Positions 45,804-55,588 of a stretch of DNA of 64,000 nucleotides are shown here, in pieces. Location: NCBI GenBank assembly GCA_963833095.1, contig CAWHWQ010000002.1, forward strand, positions 256,001 to 320,000, in the 5' to 3' direction. Position numbers and translations under genes: made by a program. This stretch comes from Vulcanimicrobiota bacterium (GTDB lineage Bacteria; Vulcanimicrobiota; Vulcanimicrobiia; Vulcanimicrobiales; Vulcanimicrobiaceae). Below the pieces are notes generated by a model that had not been told where the DNA came from, searched no databases, and saw only the letters and a list, made by a program, of their open reading frames with translations. How positions within the stretch are numbered: position 1 is the first letter of the stretch; every line of letters starts with the position of its first letter.

Positions 45804-47816
45804 ATGTTCCGCCGCATCAGCGCCTTTCTGACCATGTTGCTGCTCATTGGTGCCATATGCCCGGCACCTGTTCGCGCGACCTCAACCCAGACCGAGGTCG
45901 AGATGGGCCGTTCGGAAGACGAGCAGATCGTCGACACCAGCGTCGTCGAAACCGATCCGCTCATGAACGCCTACGTGCAAAAGATCGCGGGCAACGATTG
46001 GAAGCAAGTCGAGCGCAAAGACGTCCCCTACAACATCAAGATTCTCAAAGACACCGAAGTCAACTCGTTTGCGACGATGGGCGGCTACATCTATATCAAT
46101 GAAGGCCTGATCGATTTCGTCCAATCCGACGACGAACTCGCGGGCGTGATCGGCCATGAAACCGGGCACATCGAGCGCCGCCACGTGCTCACCTCGCAAT
46201 CCAAACTCGAAGCGCTCAACCTGCTCTTCGGCCTGGCCTCCATGCTCTCGCCCATCATCTACGAATTCGGGAATCTCATGGAGGCAGGCGCATTCGCGAA
46301 GATTGAGCGAGCCGACGAATTGCAGGCCGATCGCACCGGCTTACAATTGATGTCGCGGGCGGGCTACGATCCCGACAACATGAAGACGATGATGGAACAC
46401 TTGGGCGTGCTTGAAGACGAGCACAGCGACATGGTCACCAAGTATCTCGAGGACCATCCCAATCCCAAGGCGCGCGTCGCGCATTTGGATGGGTATCCCG
46501 AACTCGATCCGACCAAGGTGACCGAAGATCAGCGCGTCGTGCAAGCGGCATCCGACCGCGAACGCGGACGTTATGAATTCTCATCACTGAAGTTCCAGCA
46601 AATCCTCAAAACCGATCCCAGCAATGCAGAAGCCTTGCTCGGTCTCGGCCAAGATCAAATCGCGCTAGGCTTCCCGAACAAGAGCCAGCAGACGCTCGCG
46701 GAGGCGGCGCAAATCGGTTCGCCGCAGACCAAGGCGCTGGCCGAGCAAAAGATTTCGGACCTGCGCGAAGTGCAGGCGCAGCGCGTCACGCTGACCGCTC
46801 CCAATCTAGGTGGATTGCGCACCCAGTTCGCCGATGCGCAGACAGCACAGGCCGCAGCCAATGCGGCGATCGCCGCGCGTCACGATCAGGGGAAGGATCA
46901 GCTCAAACAACTGCGGACGCGTACCGACGCTTTGCAATACGAAGTTCCGAATTTCGGCAACCTCAACATCCCGCACGGCTCAAAGCTCGAGTCCGTCTTC
47001 AAGAATGTGATGTTGATGGGCCGCTCGCTCAACAGCGCCCTCGAGGACGCCAGTACGACGATCAACGGCGTTGGCTCCCTCGACCGCAATAAGCAATCGG
47101 GATTGCTCAAAGAGAGCAACACCATCCTCGATGAGATGCAGCAGACGCTCAATTCAACGCCAATCCCGACCGACCAGATCGCGATCTTGCCGTCGTATCC
47201 GGCCATCTTCAATGAGTTGCGCCACGCCGATAGCGATATGATTCGTAGCGTCGACGCCGCGCGGGCATCGCTGACCACGCTCGACCAGGCGTTGGGTGAC
47301 GTGGACGAATTCTTTCGCGAACTCAACCGCACGCAACCGAACTATCGCGGCGATTTCGGTCAGTCGCAATTCAACGACCTTCAGCCGCTGATGCAAAAGG
47401 CGATGACCGACCTCGACGCAGCGGCGACGCAAGCCTCGCAGGCGGCGCAACTCTACAACATGGCACGCACTCGCCAGCTTTCGTCGCGGATCACGCTGCT
47501 GGGCGTGGGCACCTCACCGGAGCGCTACGCCTCGCTACAGTACGTACTGCAACAACGCTTCGGTATGAACGGTATACCATACCAAGAGATGCTTCACGAT
47601 GCGATCACGCCGGGTGACGTGGTCGTCGCTACGATCCTCGCCGCCGACATCAAGTCGACGCCCGAGGATATCGTGGATCAAATGGTGAGCGAGAAAAAGT
47701 CACCGGTCGATCTAGCCGACGAGCATGGTATGCATGCCTGGCCGCTGGAGATCTTCACCGGCCTCGTGTATCTTGACTACACCGACGATCCGGCAAAGGA
47801 AATGGCAACAACGTAA
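45804..47816 (+). CDS. M48-family metallopeptidase with TPR and helical C-terminal region
   Basis: VNSFATMGG, GHETGH (HExxH), ELQADR, HP..RV; signal peptide. Confidence 0.88.
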   Translation: MFRRISAFLTMLLLIGAICPAPVRATSTQTEVEMGRSEDEQIVDTSVVETDPLMNAYVQKIAGNDWKQVERKDVPYNIKILKDTEVNSFATMGGYIYINEGLIDFVQSDDELAGVIGHETGHIERRHVLTSQSKLEALNLLFGLASMLSPIIYEFGNLMEAGAFAKIERADELQADRTGLQLMSRAGYDPDNMKTMMEHLGVLEDEHSDMVTKYLEDHPNPKARVAHLDGYPELDPTKVTEDQRVVQAASDRERGRYEFSSLKFQQILKTDPSNAEALLGLGQDQIALGFPNKSQQTLAEAAQIGSPQTKALAEQKISDLREVQAQRVTLTAPNLGGLRTQFADAQTAQAAANAAIAARHDQGKDQLKQLRTRTDALQYEVPNFGNLNIPHGSKLESVFKNVMLMGRSLNSALEDASTTINGVGSLDRNKQSGLLKESNTILDEMQQTLNSTPIPTDQIAILPSYPAIFNELRHADSDMIRSVDAARASLTTLDQALGDVDEFFRELNRTQPNYRGDFGQSQFNDLQPLMQKAMTDLDAAATQASQAAQLYNMARTRQLSSRITLLGVGTSPERYASLQYVLQQRFGMNGIPYQEMLHDAITPGDVVVATILAADIKSTPEDIVDQMVSEKKSPVDLADEHGMHAWPLEIFTGLVYLDYTDDPAKEMATT

Positions 47817-47820
47817 TATC

Positions 47821-48813
47821 ATGGCATCGGCACTAGGCGCACGCGATCTCTTCCGGCTCGTACGTAACGGCATCGACGTCAACAGCGTCCACGTGCGCAT
47901 CCGCAAGCCGTTCCGTTTCCTATTGTGCGGAGATCATGCGCTCATTGGGCAGATGCGCGCCATGCTGCTTTCCGGTCATGCGGATGACTCAGTGCCCGAT
48001 GATGCCGCGGCCTGTATCGAAACGATCTCGCCCAGCGCGCCGCTCATCACCGAGCCGAGCGAAGTGCGGGTGGTCATTTTCCTCGGCTATCCGGGCGATC
48101 GCGAGGGCGCGAACCTCGAACCGCTCAAGGTTCTGCGCGTGCCGATCCTTGCGCTGACGATCGATCCGCTCGAAACGCCGGCCGGACCTGCCGCCGTTCC
48201 CGCGCCGTCAACGGTCGGCGACTACGTCGTCAACGCGATCACCAAAGATGCGCTCAAGGGCCGCGTTTTCACGCACATCGTCGAGGCTTCGAAGGGCGTT
48301 GAGATCGCCGTAGGCCGTCGCCTTCCGCCGCTGCGCGAAACGGTCGCGGCCAAGCTGACGCGCGATGCTGCAAATAATTCGCTCAAAGTCGCACTGGCAA
48401 GCGCCCTAGTCGATCACATTCCGGTCGTCGGCGTCGTGCTCGGCGCCTTTGCATCGGCCGGCGACATGGTGGCGATCACCGGATTTCAGATGATGCTGCT
48501 GCTGCACATCGAGGCGACCTACGGCAAGGACCCCGACGTACAGCGCATGTGGAAACTGCTGCCGGTTATCGGCGGCGGCTTCGGCTGGCGCACGCTCGCG
48601 CGTGAACTCGCCGGCTTCGTTCCGGTGGCGGGCGTCGCGATCAAGGGCGCCATCGCCTACGCCGGTACGATCGTCGTCGGCGAAAGCGTCACGTTCTTTT
48701 TAGAGCACGGCTCGCACATGAGTAAGGCGCAGGCCTCGCAGCTCTACGACCGCACCAAAGCCGACGCGCTACGCTTCGCCCGCGACCTCATCCTCCGCAT
48801 CAAAAAGAAGTAA
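47821..48813 (+). CDS. DUF697-like membrane-associated protein
   Basis: IPVVG..ASAGD...FQMMLL, GFGWRTLAREL..VPVAG..IKGAIAYAGT. Confidence 0.7.
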   Translation: MASALGARDLFRLVRNGIDVNSVHVRIRKPFRFLLCGDHALIGQMRAMLLSGHADDSVPDDAAACIETISPSAPLITEPSEVRVVIFLGYPGDREGANLEPLKVLRVPILALTIDPLETPAGPAAVPAPSTVGDYVVNAITKDALKGRVFTHIVEASKGVEIAVGRRLPPLRETVAAKLTRDAANNSLKVALASALVDHIPVVGVVLGAFASAGDMVAITGFQMMLLLHIEATYGKDPDVQRMWKLLPVIGGGFGWRTLARELAGFVPVAGVAIKGAIAYAGTIVVGESVTFFLEHGSHMSKAQASQLYDRTKADALRFARDLILRIKKK

Positions 48814-48819
48814 CGCTCC

Positions 48820-48942
48820 TGTCATCCCGAGCGTAGCTGCGTAGCAGCGAAGTCGAGGGACCGGTGCAATCCCTTGTCATCATGAGCGTAGCCTCCCAAT
48901 TGTCATCCCGAGCGTAGCTGCGTAGCAGCGAAGTCGAGGGAC
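48820..48942 (+). repeat. Left array of TGTCATC repeats
   Basis: Full copies 48820-48861 and 48901-48942, partial copy 48875-48892; 13-bp linker CGGTGCAATCCCT. Confidence 0.95.
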
Positions 48943-48948
48943 TGGCAA

Positions 48949-49245
48949 CTACGTCGTGCGGTTGCGACCGCGGCTGTAACGTTTTATGGCTTTCCAATCT
49001 CCGTCGACGAACGCGCGTTTCTTGCGGTGCGACCACGCTTTGAGCTTCTTCTCGAAGGCGATTGCCTCTCCGACCCAGGTAAACTCCGAAACGTGCACGA
49101 GGATAAGCGGTCGACGATCAAAAGTGTAGCACTCGGGATCGATGCCGAAGGAATGTTCGCTCAGACGCCGCTCGATGTCATTTGTAACCCCGACGTAGAA
49201 TGTCCCATCAAAGCATCGCAAGACGTAGACGTAATAACTTTTCAC
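48949..49245 (-). CDS. Stand-alone GIY-YIG nuclease (UPF0213/YhbQ-like)
   Basis: YYVYVLRC.DGTFYVGVTNDIERRLSEH...EAIAFEKKLKAWSHRKK; probable GTG start 49245, 98 aa. Confidence 0.92.
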   Translation of the reverse strand: MKSYYVYVLRCFDGTFYVGVTNDIERRLSEHSFGIDPECYTFDRRPLILVHVSEFTWVGEAIAFEKKLKAWSHRKKRAFVDGDWKAIKRYSRGRNRTT

Positions 49246-49280
49246 GCCTGAGCATCTGCTTCGTCGCAGCGCATTGGCTA

Positions 49281-49493
49281 GCATCGGTCCCTCGACTTTG
49301 CTGCTAGGCAGCTACGCTCGGGATGACAAGGGATTGCATCGGTCCCTCGACTTCGCTGCTACGCAGCTACGCTCGGGATGACAAGGGATTGCATCGGTCC
49401 CTCGACTTCGCTGCTACGCAGCTACGCTCGGGATGACAAGGGATTGCATCGGTCCCTCGACTTTGCTGCTACCCAGCTACGCTCGGGATGACA
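49281..49493 (-). repeat. Right array: four tandem 55-bp units (42-bp repeat + 13-bp linker)
   Basis: Repeats at 49287-49328, 49342-49383, 49397-49438 and 49452-49493, inverted relative to the left array. Confidence 0.97.
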
Positions 49494-49502
49494 ATTGGAG
49501 CG

Positions 49503-50243
49503 TTACAGACGCTCGAGTAAGTCTTCGTCTTCAAGGCGTTGCAAGTCCGCCGGAAGACGCGGACGGACGCGCTGCGCAAGTTGCGATGCGAGGGCGGCGC
49601 GGCGTTGCGGCACAAGATCGGTGCGCCGCTCGAGGAAGCGCCGGATGATCGACCGTTCCTCACCGCTCACATACGCGGTCGCTGCGTACACGGGTTCCGC
49701 CACTTCGCGTAGCATCTTTTCGGGCGATTCCATCCGGGATTCGCGAATCACGATCGTTCCGGCCGCAAGATCGCCGATGCGTTTATTCTGTGGCGAAAAG
49801 ACCGCGACCACGGCCGAGAGGGCATAGAATCCGAGCGCCATCTCACCTACGCGAATCAAGTTGCGAATGACCGACGCCATGAAATCGATCGGATAGCCGC
49901 CGTCGCGGACCACGCGAATGCCCAACATCCGTTTTCCCGGCGTTTGCCCGTTCCACAGGGCTTCGAAAAGAATGAAGTAGCCAAAGAAGATCAAGAACAG
50001 CACGACAATGACCATCGCAATGGCGATACTCTCCACGAGGTGATCGCGGCTGCCCAGACGCATCGTCGCATACGTACCATGCGACGTTGCGGCGATCGCG
50101 GTCAAGCCCCAGACCAGCAGCAAAAGGAACGCGATTTGAATCGCGAGGTCAACGGCGAGCGCAAGAAACCGGCTACCGACGCCGGCGAGCTCGTAGGAGA
50201 AGGCGATCGATTCCGGCGTGCGGACCTCTAGGGTTCGATCCAT
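49503..50243 (-). CDS. RDD-family membrane protein
   Basis: TPESI..YELAGVGSRFLA..VD, GQTPGKR, RNLIR, KRIGDLAAGT. Confidence 0.92.
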   Translation of the reverse strand: MDRTLEVRTPESIAFSYELAGVGSRFLALAVDLAIQIAFLLLLVWGLTAIAATSHGTYATMRLGSRDHLVESIAIAMVIVVLFLIFFGYFILFEALWNGQTPGKRMLGIRVVRDGGYPIDFMASVIRNLIRVGEMALGFYALSAVVAVFSPQNKRIGDLAAGTIVIRESRMESPEKMLREVAEPVYAATAYVSGEERSIIRRFLERRTDLVPQRRAALASQLAQRVRPRLPADLQRLEDEDLLERL

Positions 50244-50264
50244 CGCCGGAGTACCTAAGACGGC

Positions 50265-51248
50265 GTGACGCAAGCCACCTTCGTTGAACGGCGGACGGCC
50301 GCGTGGAGCGAACTCGACGCACTGCTGGTTCGTGCCGGACGACGCGGCGTGCGCCGCCTGCAACCCGAAGAAGTCGAGCAGATCGGGCGCCTCTATCGAG
50401 CGGTTACGAGCGATCTCGCCTACGCCGAGGGGCGCGGATACGATGCTCGCTTGATCGCTTACCTCAATCGCCTGGTGGCGCGGGCCCACGCCTATGTCTA
50501 CGGCGCTGCGGCGACGACGGGGTGGCATCGCTTCGCGACCTTTTACTCGCAAACGTTTCCGCGCGAATTTCGCCGCTCGATTGGGTTCATCACGATCTGC
50601 ACCGCGCTCACCGTCGTCTCGGCCATCGTCGCGTACGTGCTCGTGCGCGTGCACCCCGGCGACGCATTCGCGATTCTGCCCGACGGGTTGATCCCGCCGC
50701 AGATCAAGAAAAGCTTGCACGACTCGAATTTCGCCTTCGATCCGGCCGCCTCGCCGGCGATGGCAACGGCGATAATCACCAACAACGTCAAAGTAGCGAT
50801 CTTCGCTTTTGCCGGCTGCGTGACGCTGGGACTCTCGACGCTCTACATCATCACGTTCAACGGTCTCATGCTCGGCAGTGTGGGGGCGCTGTTCACCAAC
50901 GCCGGCTTCGGCGCGGATTTTTGGGCGACGGTCGCGCCGCATGGCGTGATCGAGCTCACCGCGATTCAAATCGCGGGAGCTGCCGGCTTGCTGATCAGCG
51001 CGGGTATCGTCGCCCCCGGGCGTCTACGGCGGCGCGACGCGGTCGTGGCGGCAGCGCGCCGAGCCGGCGTGCTGATCGCGGGCGTTGCGTCAATGTTGCT
51101 GGTTGCCGGGACGATCGAAGGGTTTTTCTCGCCGCTGCGTTTGCCCGCGTCCGAGCGCATCGCGGTCGGCGTCATGACCGCGGTGCTGCTCGTCCTCTAC
51201 TTCGGATTTACTGGCCGAGGCCCGAGTCGGTCGTTAGGTTCGCCGTGA
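50265..51248 (+). CDS. Stage II sporulation protein M (DUF95) family membrane protein
   Basis: LYR..SDLAYA, YLNRLV, IITNN, PHGVIEL, AGTIEGF. Confidence 0.9.
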   Translation: MTQATFVERRTAAWSELDALLVRAGRRGVRRLQPEEVEQIGRLYRAVTSDLAYAEGRGYDARLIAYLNRLVARAHAYVYGAAATTGWHRFATFYSQTFPREFRRSIGFITICTALTVVSAIVAYVLVRVHPGDAFAILPDGLIPPQIKKSLHDSNFAFDPAASPAMATAIITNNVKVAIFAFAGCVTLGLSTLYIITFNGLMLGSVGALFTNAGFGADFWATVAPHGVIELTAIQIAGAAGLLISAGIVAPGRLRRRDAVVAAARRAGVLIAGVASMLLVAGTIEGFFSPLRLPASERIAVGVMTAVLLVLYFGFTGRGPSRSLGSP

Positions 51249-51864
51249 TGTCGACCGTGATCACCGACCGCTGCGCGCCCTGATTCACCCGAATCGTTTG
51301 GTACTCTTTGACCTGCGTCGAGACGAGTTTCGCGGTGTCGTACGCATAGGTCATCTCCGAATGCACGGTTGTCTGCGGCGATTTCTCGTCGCGGGTACCG
51401 CTGATGTCCACCGAGCCGGGCGTGGCGCTTTTGGCCGCTATATAATCGATCGTCACACCGCTACTCGCTGGGGTAGCGATGCTCCAGTGCCCTTTGGTAT
51501 CAAGCGCGGAAGGATCGAAGAATTTTGGATTGAGCGTGCGCAGAACGCTCGTCTCTTCGGGCGTTACGGTCGCTCCGCAGATGACGTTGGTGCTGGAGTA
51601 GGTGACGCAAGTCGCCGGCGCTACGCTGCGGTTCGTTCGCGCCGCCTCGGCGATATCGACAACCAGTCCGCCGTCGGGCTCGACACCCCGAACGGTGATC
51701 GTAATCGTTCCGAGATCCGAGGTCTGACCCCGCGTGTTATTCGACTGAGTGGCCATCGAAGCGTCGCTCGACGCGTTCGTCACGCCGACCGTGAACGAAT
51801 AGACCAACGTACGTACCGGCGTCGTTGCCACGCCGACCAGAACGGAAGCAAGAAGATGAATCAT
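51208..51864 (-). CDS. Secreted hypothetical protein
   Basis: ATGA-coupled to the DUF58 gene; signal-like N-terminus. Confidence 0.6.
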   Translation of the reverse strand: MIHLLASVLVGVATTPVRTLVYSFTVGVTNASSDASMATQSNNTRGQTSDLGTITITVRGVEPDGGLVVDIAEAARTNRSVAPATCVTYSSTNVICGATVTPEETSVLRTLNPKFFDPSALDTKGHWSIATPASSGVTIDYIAAKSATPGSVDISGTRDEKSPQTTVHSEMTYAYDTAKLVSTQVKEYQTIRVNQGAQRSVITVDITANLTTDSGLGQ

Positions 51865-53193
51865 AGCAAAGCTCGAGATTTGACGCGCAAGTACTCATCC
51901 ACTGCCGCAATCGAGAGCCGTTCGGCGGGCACATCGAGCACAATCACGCCGCTCCGCTGCAGCGTCCGAGCCGCGGTGTGGCGCTCGGCCGCAAGACCGA
52001 GCGCCACCGATAGGCCGAAAGACTCATCGACGCTTCGTGGGGTGCGCGCGAGGGCTCCGCTGACCACCGCATCGTTCATAAATATGCACAGGACTACGTG
52101 GCGCTTGGCCAGCGTGCCCAGCTCGGCCAGCACCACGCTCTGCGCGACCGGATCGATGACGTCGGTAAAAAAGGCGATCAGGCTGCGCCGGTGCAGATGC
52201 GAGCGCAGATAGGCAAAGGCGCGCGCGTAGTCGGATTCCTCGAACCGCGGCTCGACGTCACAGAGGGCGTCGGCCAGCGCCCGCACGGACGCGGCGGTCG
52301 AACGCGGCGCGCGCGCAACGAGGATGCGGCGGGCGAAGGCAACCACCCCCACCCGATCGCTGGCCAGCGAGGCGATCGACGCCAGGGAAAGGCCCGCGGT
52401 CACTGCGTAGTCGAGCTTGCGCTGGACGCCGATCCGCGCGGTCATGAGCCGCCCGCAATCGAGCAAAAGCATCACGTCTTGACTGCGCTCGACCTCGCGC
52501 TGCACCACCATCAACTTGCCGCGGCGCGCCGTGGCTTTCCAGTCGATCGCGCGGAACGCGTCGCCACTCGTGTAGTCGCGCACGCTCTCGAATTCGCTGC
52601 CGATCCCGCGCAAGCGCATGCGCCGGAGCCCGGCTTCGACGAGCCGGTTGCGCACGTGGAGCGATCCGTAGCGCTCGACGGCCGAAAGATCCGGATAGAC
52701 ACGAAACGCCTGCGGTGCATCGATCACGAAGCGCCGGCGCACCAACCCGAGCGCGGTTTCGTACCAGAGATAGATACGGGTGAACGTGTCGCTGCCCCGC
52801 GCGACGGGCAACGCCGCGAGCGACGCGCTGGCTTCGCTGCGCGCCGGGAGCAGCGTCACGAGTTCTTCTTCGCCCAGATCGAGCGTGCGCAGCGGCGCTT
52901 CGAGCAATCCGGTGCGCAGTGTGCGCTGCGACCGGTTCTCGATCGCATAGGTGAGTTGCGCACTGCGGCGCAGAGAAAAATGCGCCGGCAGACTCGCGGC
53001 GCACGTGCAGCGTGCTCGGGCGCGGTAAACGCGCGATATCGACCAAAAACGCCGCGGCCAGCAGCGCAGCGAGCCCGATCGCGATGGGAACGAAAAGCGC
53101 GATGCCGGGCGACGCCGCGAGCACGACGGCAATCGTCGCAAGCGCCCATAAGGCACGCGCCGACGGCCAAATCGGCAGAAACCTTTTATTCAC
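51861..53193 (-). CDS. DUF58 / vWA-like protein (frameshift near 52995)
   Basis: EFESVRDY.SGD..R.IDWKATAR, LLDCGRLM; TM N-terminus lies in a different frame from GTG 53193. Confidence 0.88.
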
Positions 53194-54150
53194 GCGGAAC
53201 CGGCACGCTGGCCAGAATCTCTGCGAGCACCGATGGCGCGGTTGCGCCTTCGATCTCGGCCTCGGGCTGCACGATCAAACGGTGCGCTACGACCGCCTCG
53301 GCAACGTCTTTCACGTCGTCGGGCGTTGCATAGTCGCGAGCGTCGATCGCAGCTGCAACTTGCGCTGCTACGAGCAGCGTCACTACCGCGCGCGGAGATG
53401 CGCCAAGGGCGAGTTTGGGATGCGAGCGCGTCGCCGTCGCAACGGCGTACGCGTACGCGCGCACTTCGGCGGCCACATGCACGCGGCGCACGGCGGCTTG
53501 CGCAGCGATGATCTCGTTCGCATTCGTCACTGGGGTGATGCCCGCAAGCTCGAGCGCGCGTGAGTCGAACCCAGCGGCGACGCGCGCGAGTAAATCCAGC
53601 TCTTGTTCGGGAGCAGGGTAGCCGGTAGAAATCTTCACCGCAAAACGATCCAACTGCGCTTCGGGAAGCGGATAGGTCCCTTCGTACTCGATTGGATTTT
53701 GCGTCGCGCAGACGATAAACGGCTGCGGTAGCGCGATCGGCGTACCGTCGATCGTCACGCGCCCCTCCTCCATCGCTTCGAGTAGGGCAGCTTGCGTTTT
53801 GGGCGGCGTACGATTGATTTCGTCGGCCAGCACGACGTTGGCATCGATCGGTCCGGGCCGCACGCTAAACGTGGCGCTCTGCGGATTGAAGACCGTCGTG
53901 CCGACCACGTCCGACGGCATCAGATCGGGCGTGAACTGAATGCGCCGGAACGGCAGGCCCAGCGCGGCGGCGAAGGCGCGCACCGCAAGCGTTTTTCCGT
54001 GCCGGGCACGCCTTCGATGAGCGCGTGACCGCGCGAAAGGAGCGCGACCAGCAGTCCAAACGTCACGCGCTCGCTGCCGACGACGGCCGTGCCGATCGCG
54101 GCGCGTAGGCGCGCGGCGACATCCGCGACGCGAGAGGGAGAGTCGTTCAC
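53186..54150 (-). CDS. moxR: MoxR-family AAA+ ATPase (frameshift near 53997)
   Basis: GHALIEGVPGT[G]KT, RIQFTPDLMPSD, DEINR..PKTQAALLEAMEE, ATQNPIE. Confidence 0.92.
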
Positions 54151-54956
54151 GCACGTTCCTTTCGTAGCGCAGCATAGATCGTTGCAGCGCGCAGCACTAG
54201 CGCACCGTTCGGTCGCGTCACCGCGGCGAGCTGCGCGAGTTCGTCTGATTTCGGATACGCGCGAGCAAACCGTTCGATTGCCGGCCGTCCCGCGCGTGCG
54301 CGGCGCAAGAGCGATCCCATCGATCGCAGGTAGGCGGACGAATCGCGATCGGCGGGCGGTTCGCGCGGAATCGCCGGTGCGAAGCGGACGTTCGCGTTGA
54401 CCAAAGCGAGCGCGACCGCGACGATGCTCAGGAAAAACGCCACGTGGACGGGCGCCGGCAGCACCGACCAGAGCGATTGCGTGCGGTCGTAGCCGTAGGG
54501 TCGCTCGTCGAAGGCCACCAGCCCTTTGCCTTCGACCGCGTCGTAGACCACGAGCGCGCGTTCGGGATGGTTACGCAGCGCAAGATTGCCGAACTGCTCA
54601 CCGTTAAAGGATCGCAGATGCGGCGAGGAACTCAAGCCCGGAATCTTGACGAACGTCAGCACCGTTCCGCCGTTGCGCATAAAGGCTTGCAGCCGGCGCA
54701 GATCGTTGCGGTCGTATCCCGGCGCGCTAAGAACCAGCACGCGTACGCGCGGATCGAGTTCACCCAGCGGCATTTCGAGACGCGAAACCGCGATCGATTC
54801 GCGCTGGAGCACATCGAAAAGCGCGCGATACCCGTTGCGTCCGGTATCGTAGCTCGAATGGTTCGATGGCGGACTACCGATCGACGAGACCGCAAGGAGC
54901 AGCAACACGCCGAAGAGCGCGAGCAGCGCAACGATTTCGACGACGCGCGTTCTCAC
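54147..54956 (-). CDS. DUF4350-like membrane protein
   Basis: SSYD..NGYRALF motif, TM segments, position in the MoxR cluster. Confidence 0.7.
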   Translation of the reverse strand: MRTRVVEIVALLALFGVLLLLAVSSIGSPPSNHSSYDTGRNGYRALFDVLQRESIAVSRLEMPLGELDPRVRVLVLSAPGYDRNDLRRLQAFMRNGGTVLTFVKIPGLSSSPHLRSFNGEQFGNLALRNHPERALVVYDAVEGKGLVAFDERPYGYDRTQSLWSVLPAPVHVAFFLSIVAVALALVNANVRFAPAIPREPPADRDSSAYLRSMGSLLRRARAGRPAIERFARAYPKSDELAQLAAVTRPNGALVLRAATIYAALRKERA

Positions 54957-55588
54957 GATGCGGCGCCCGCTGCAAGCTGGTCATAGGCCGCCCGAGCGCG
55001 CTGCCACGCATCGGGGCCGGCCGGCGTCTGCGCGTAAGCCGTCGCAGTGTATAGTCGCGCGATTTCGACGAAGGCCGGTTCGAGCGCGCCGTCGCGCGCG
55101 TGAAGACGGCGTCGCAACTCATTGACCGTCGCCGAGCGCTCGTCGCGCACCACCCCGCGCAGATCCAGCAGCGTTACTGCCGCAATGAATACCATACGCA
55201 CCGCGCGCGCATAATCGCCTGCGCTCGCGGCCTGCGCGGCAAGCGCGGCCAACGCGTGCGCGCTACGTGGTTGCGTCAGCGCGATTGCGCGCGCGCGCCG
55301 CGTCCGCTCGTTCTCGAGCTGCATCAGCAAATGCGCTCCGATCAAGGCGATGGCAAGAACGCACGTTACTACCAGCAAGTCGCCGATGATGGAGACGCCG
55401 GCCGACCCGATTTTTACGTGGCTCGTGAAGGCATTCCACAGATCGTTCCAGCGATCGTAGAACCATTGGAACACGAGCCCGAAGATCGAGGGGTGCGCGG
55501 GCGACGCTTTTTCCAAGTGATACCGGCCGGGGACCGCTAGCTCGGTTCGAACCGCCCGGATGATATCGATGGGCGGCGGCCTGGTCAT
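54953..55588 (-). CDS. DUF4129-like membrane protein
   Basis: A..GDYARAVR, TVNEL, F..Y.YA C-terminal pattern; MoxR cluster. Confidence 0.7.
   Translation of the reverse strand: MTRPPPIDIIRAVRTELAVPGRYHLEKASPAHPSIFGLVFQWFYDRWNDLWNAFTSHVKIGSAGVSIIGDLLVVTCVLAIALIGAHLLMQLENERTRRARAIALTQPRSAHALAALAAQAASAGDYARAVRMVFIAAVTLLDLRGVVRDERSATVNELRRRLHARDGALEPAFVEIARLYTATAYAQTPAGPDAWQRARAAYDQLAAGAAS

Larger units (their letters stand above)
48810..49506. mobile_element. Putative repeat-flanked GIY-YIG nuclease element
   Basis: Inverted termini GTAACGCTCC(AAT)TGTCATCCCGAGCG; inverted repeat arrays enclose one nuclease gene. Confidence 0.6.

Noticed and set aside
48800..49036. Short ORFs containing SLLRSYARDD repeats
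   Set aside because: They are translations of the repeat arrays, not genes
49281..49493. CRISPR array
   Set aside because: The intervening 13-bp segments are identical rather than unique spacers, no cas genes are present, and the same unit is dispersed elsewhere
49503..50969. 488-aa ORF as an extended RDD protein
   Set aside because: The N-terminal half is the antisense shadow of the SpoIIM-family gene; the RDD start is 50243
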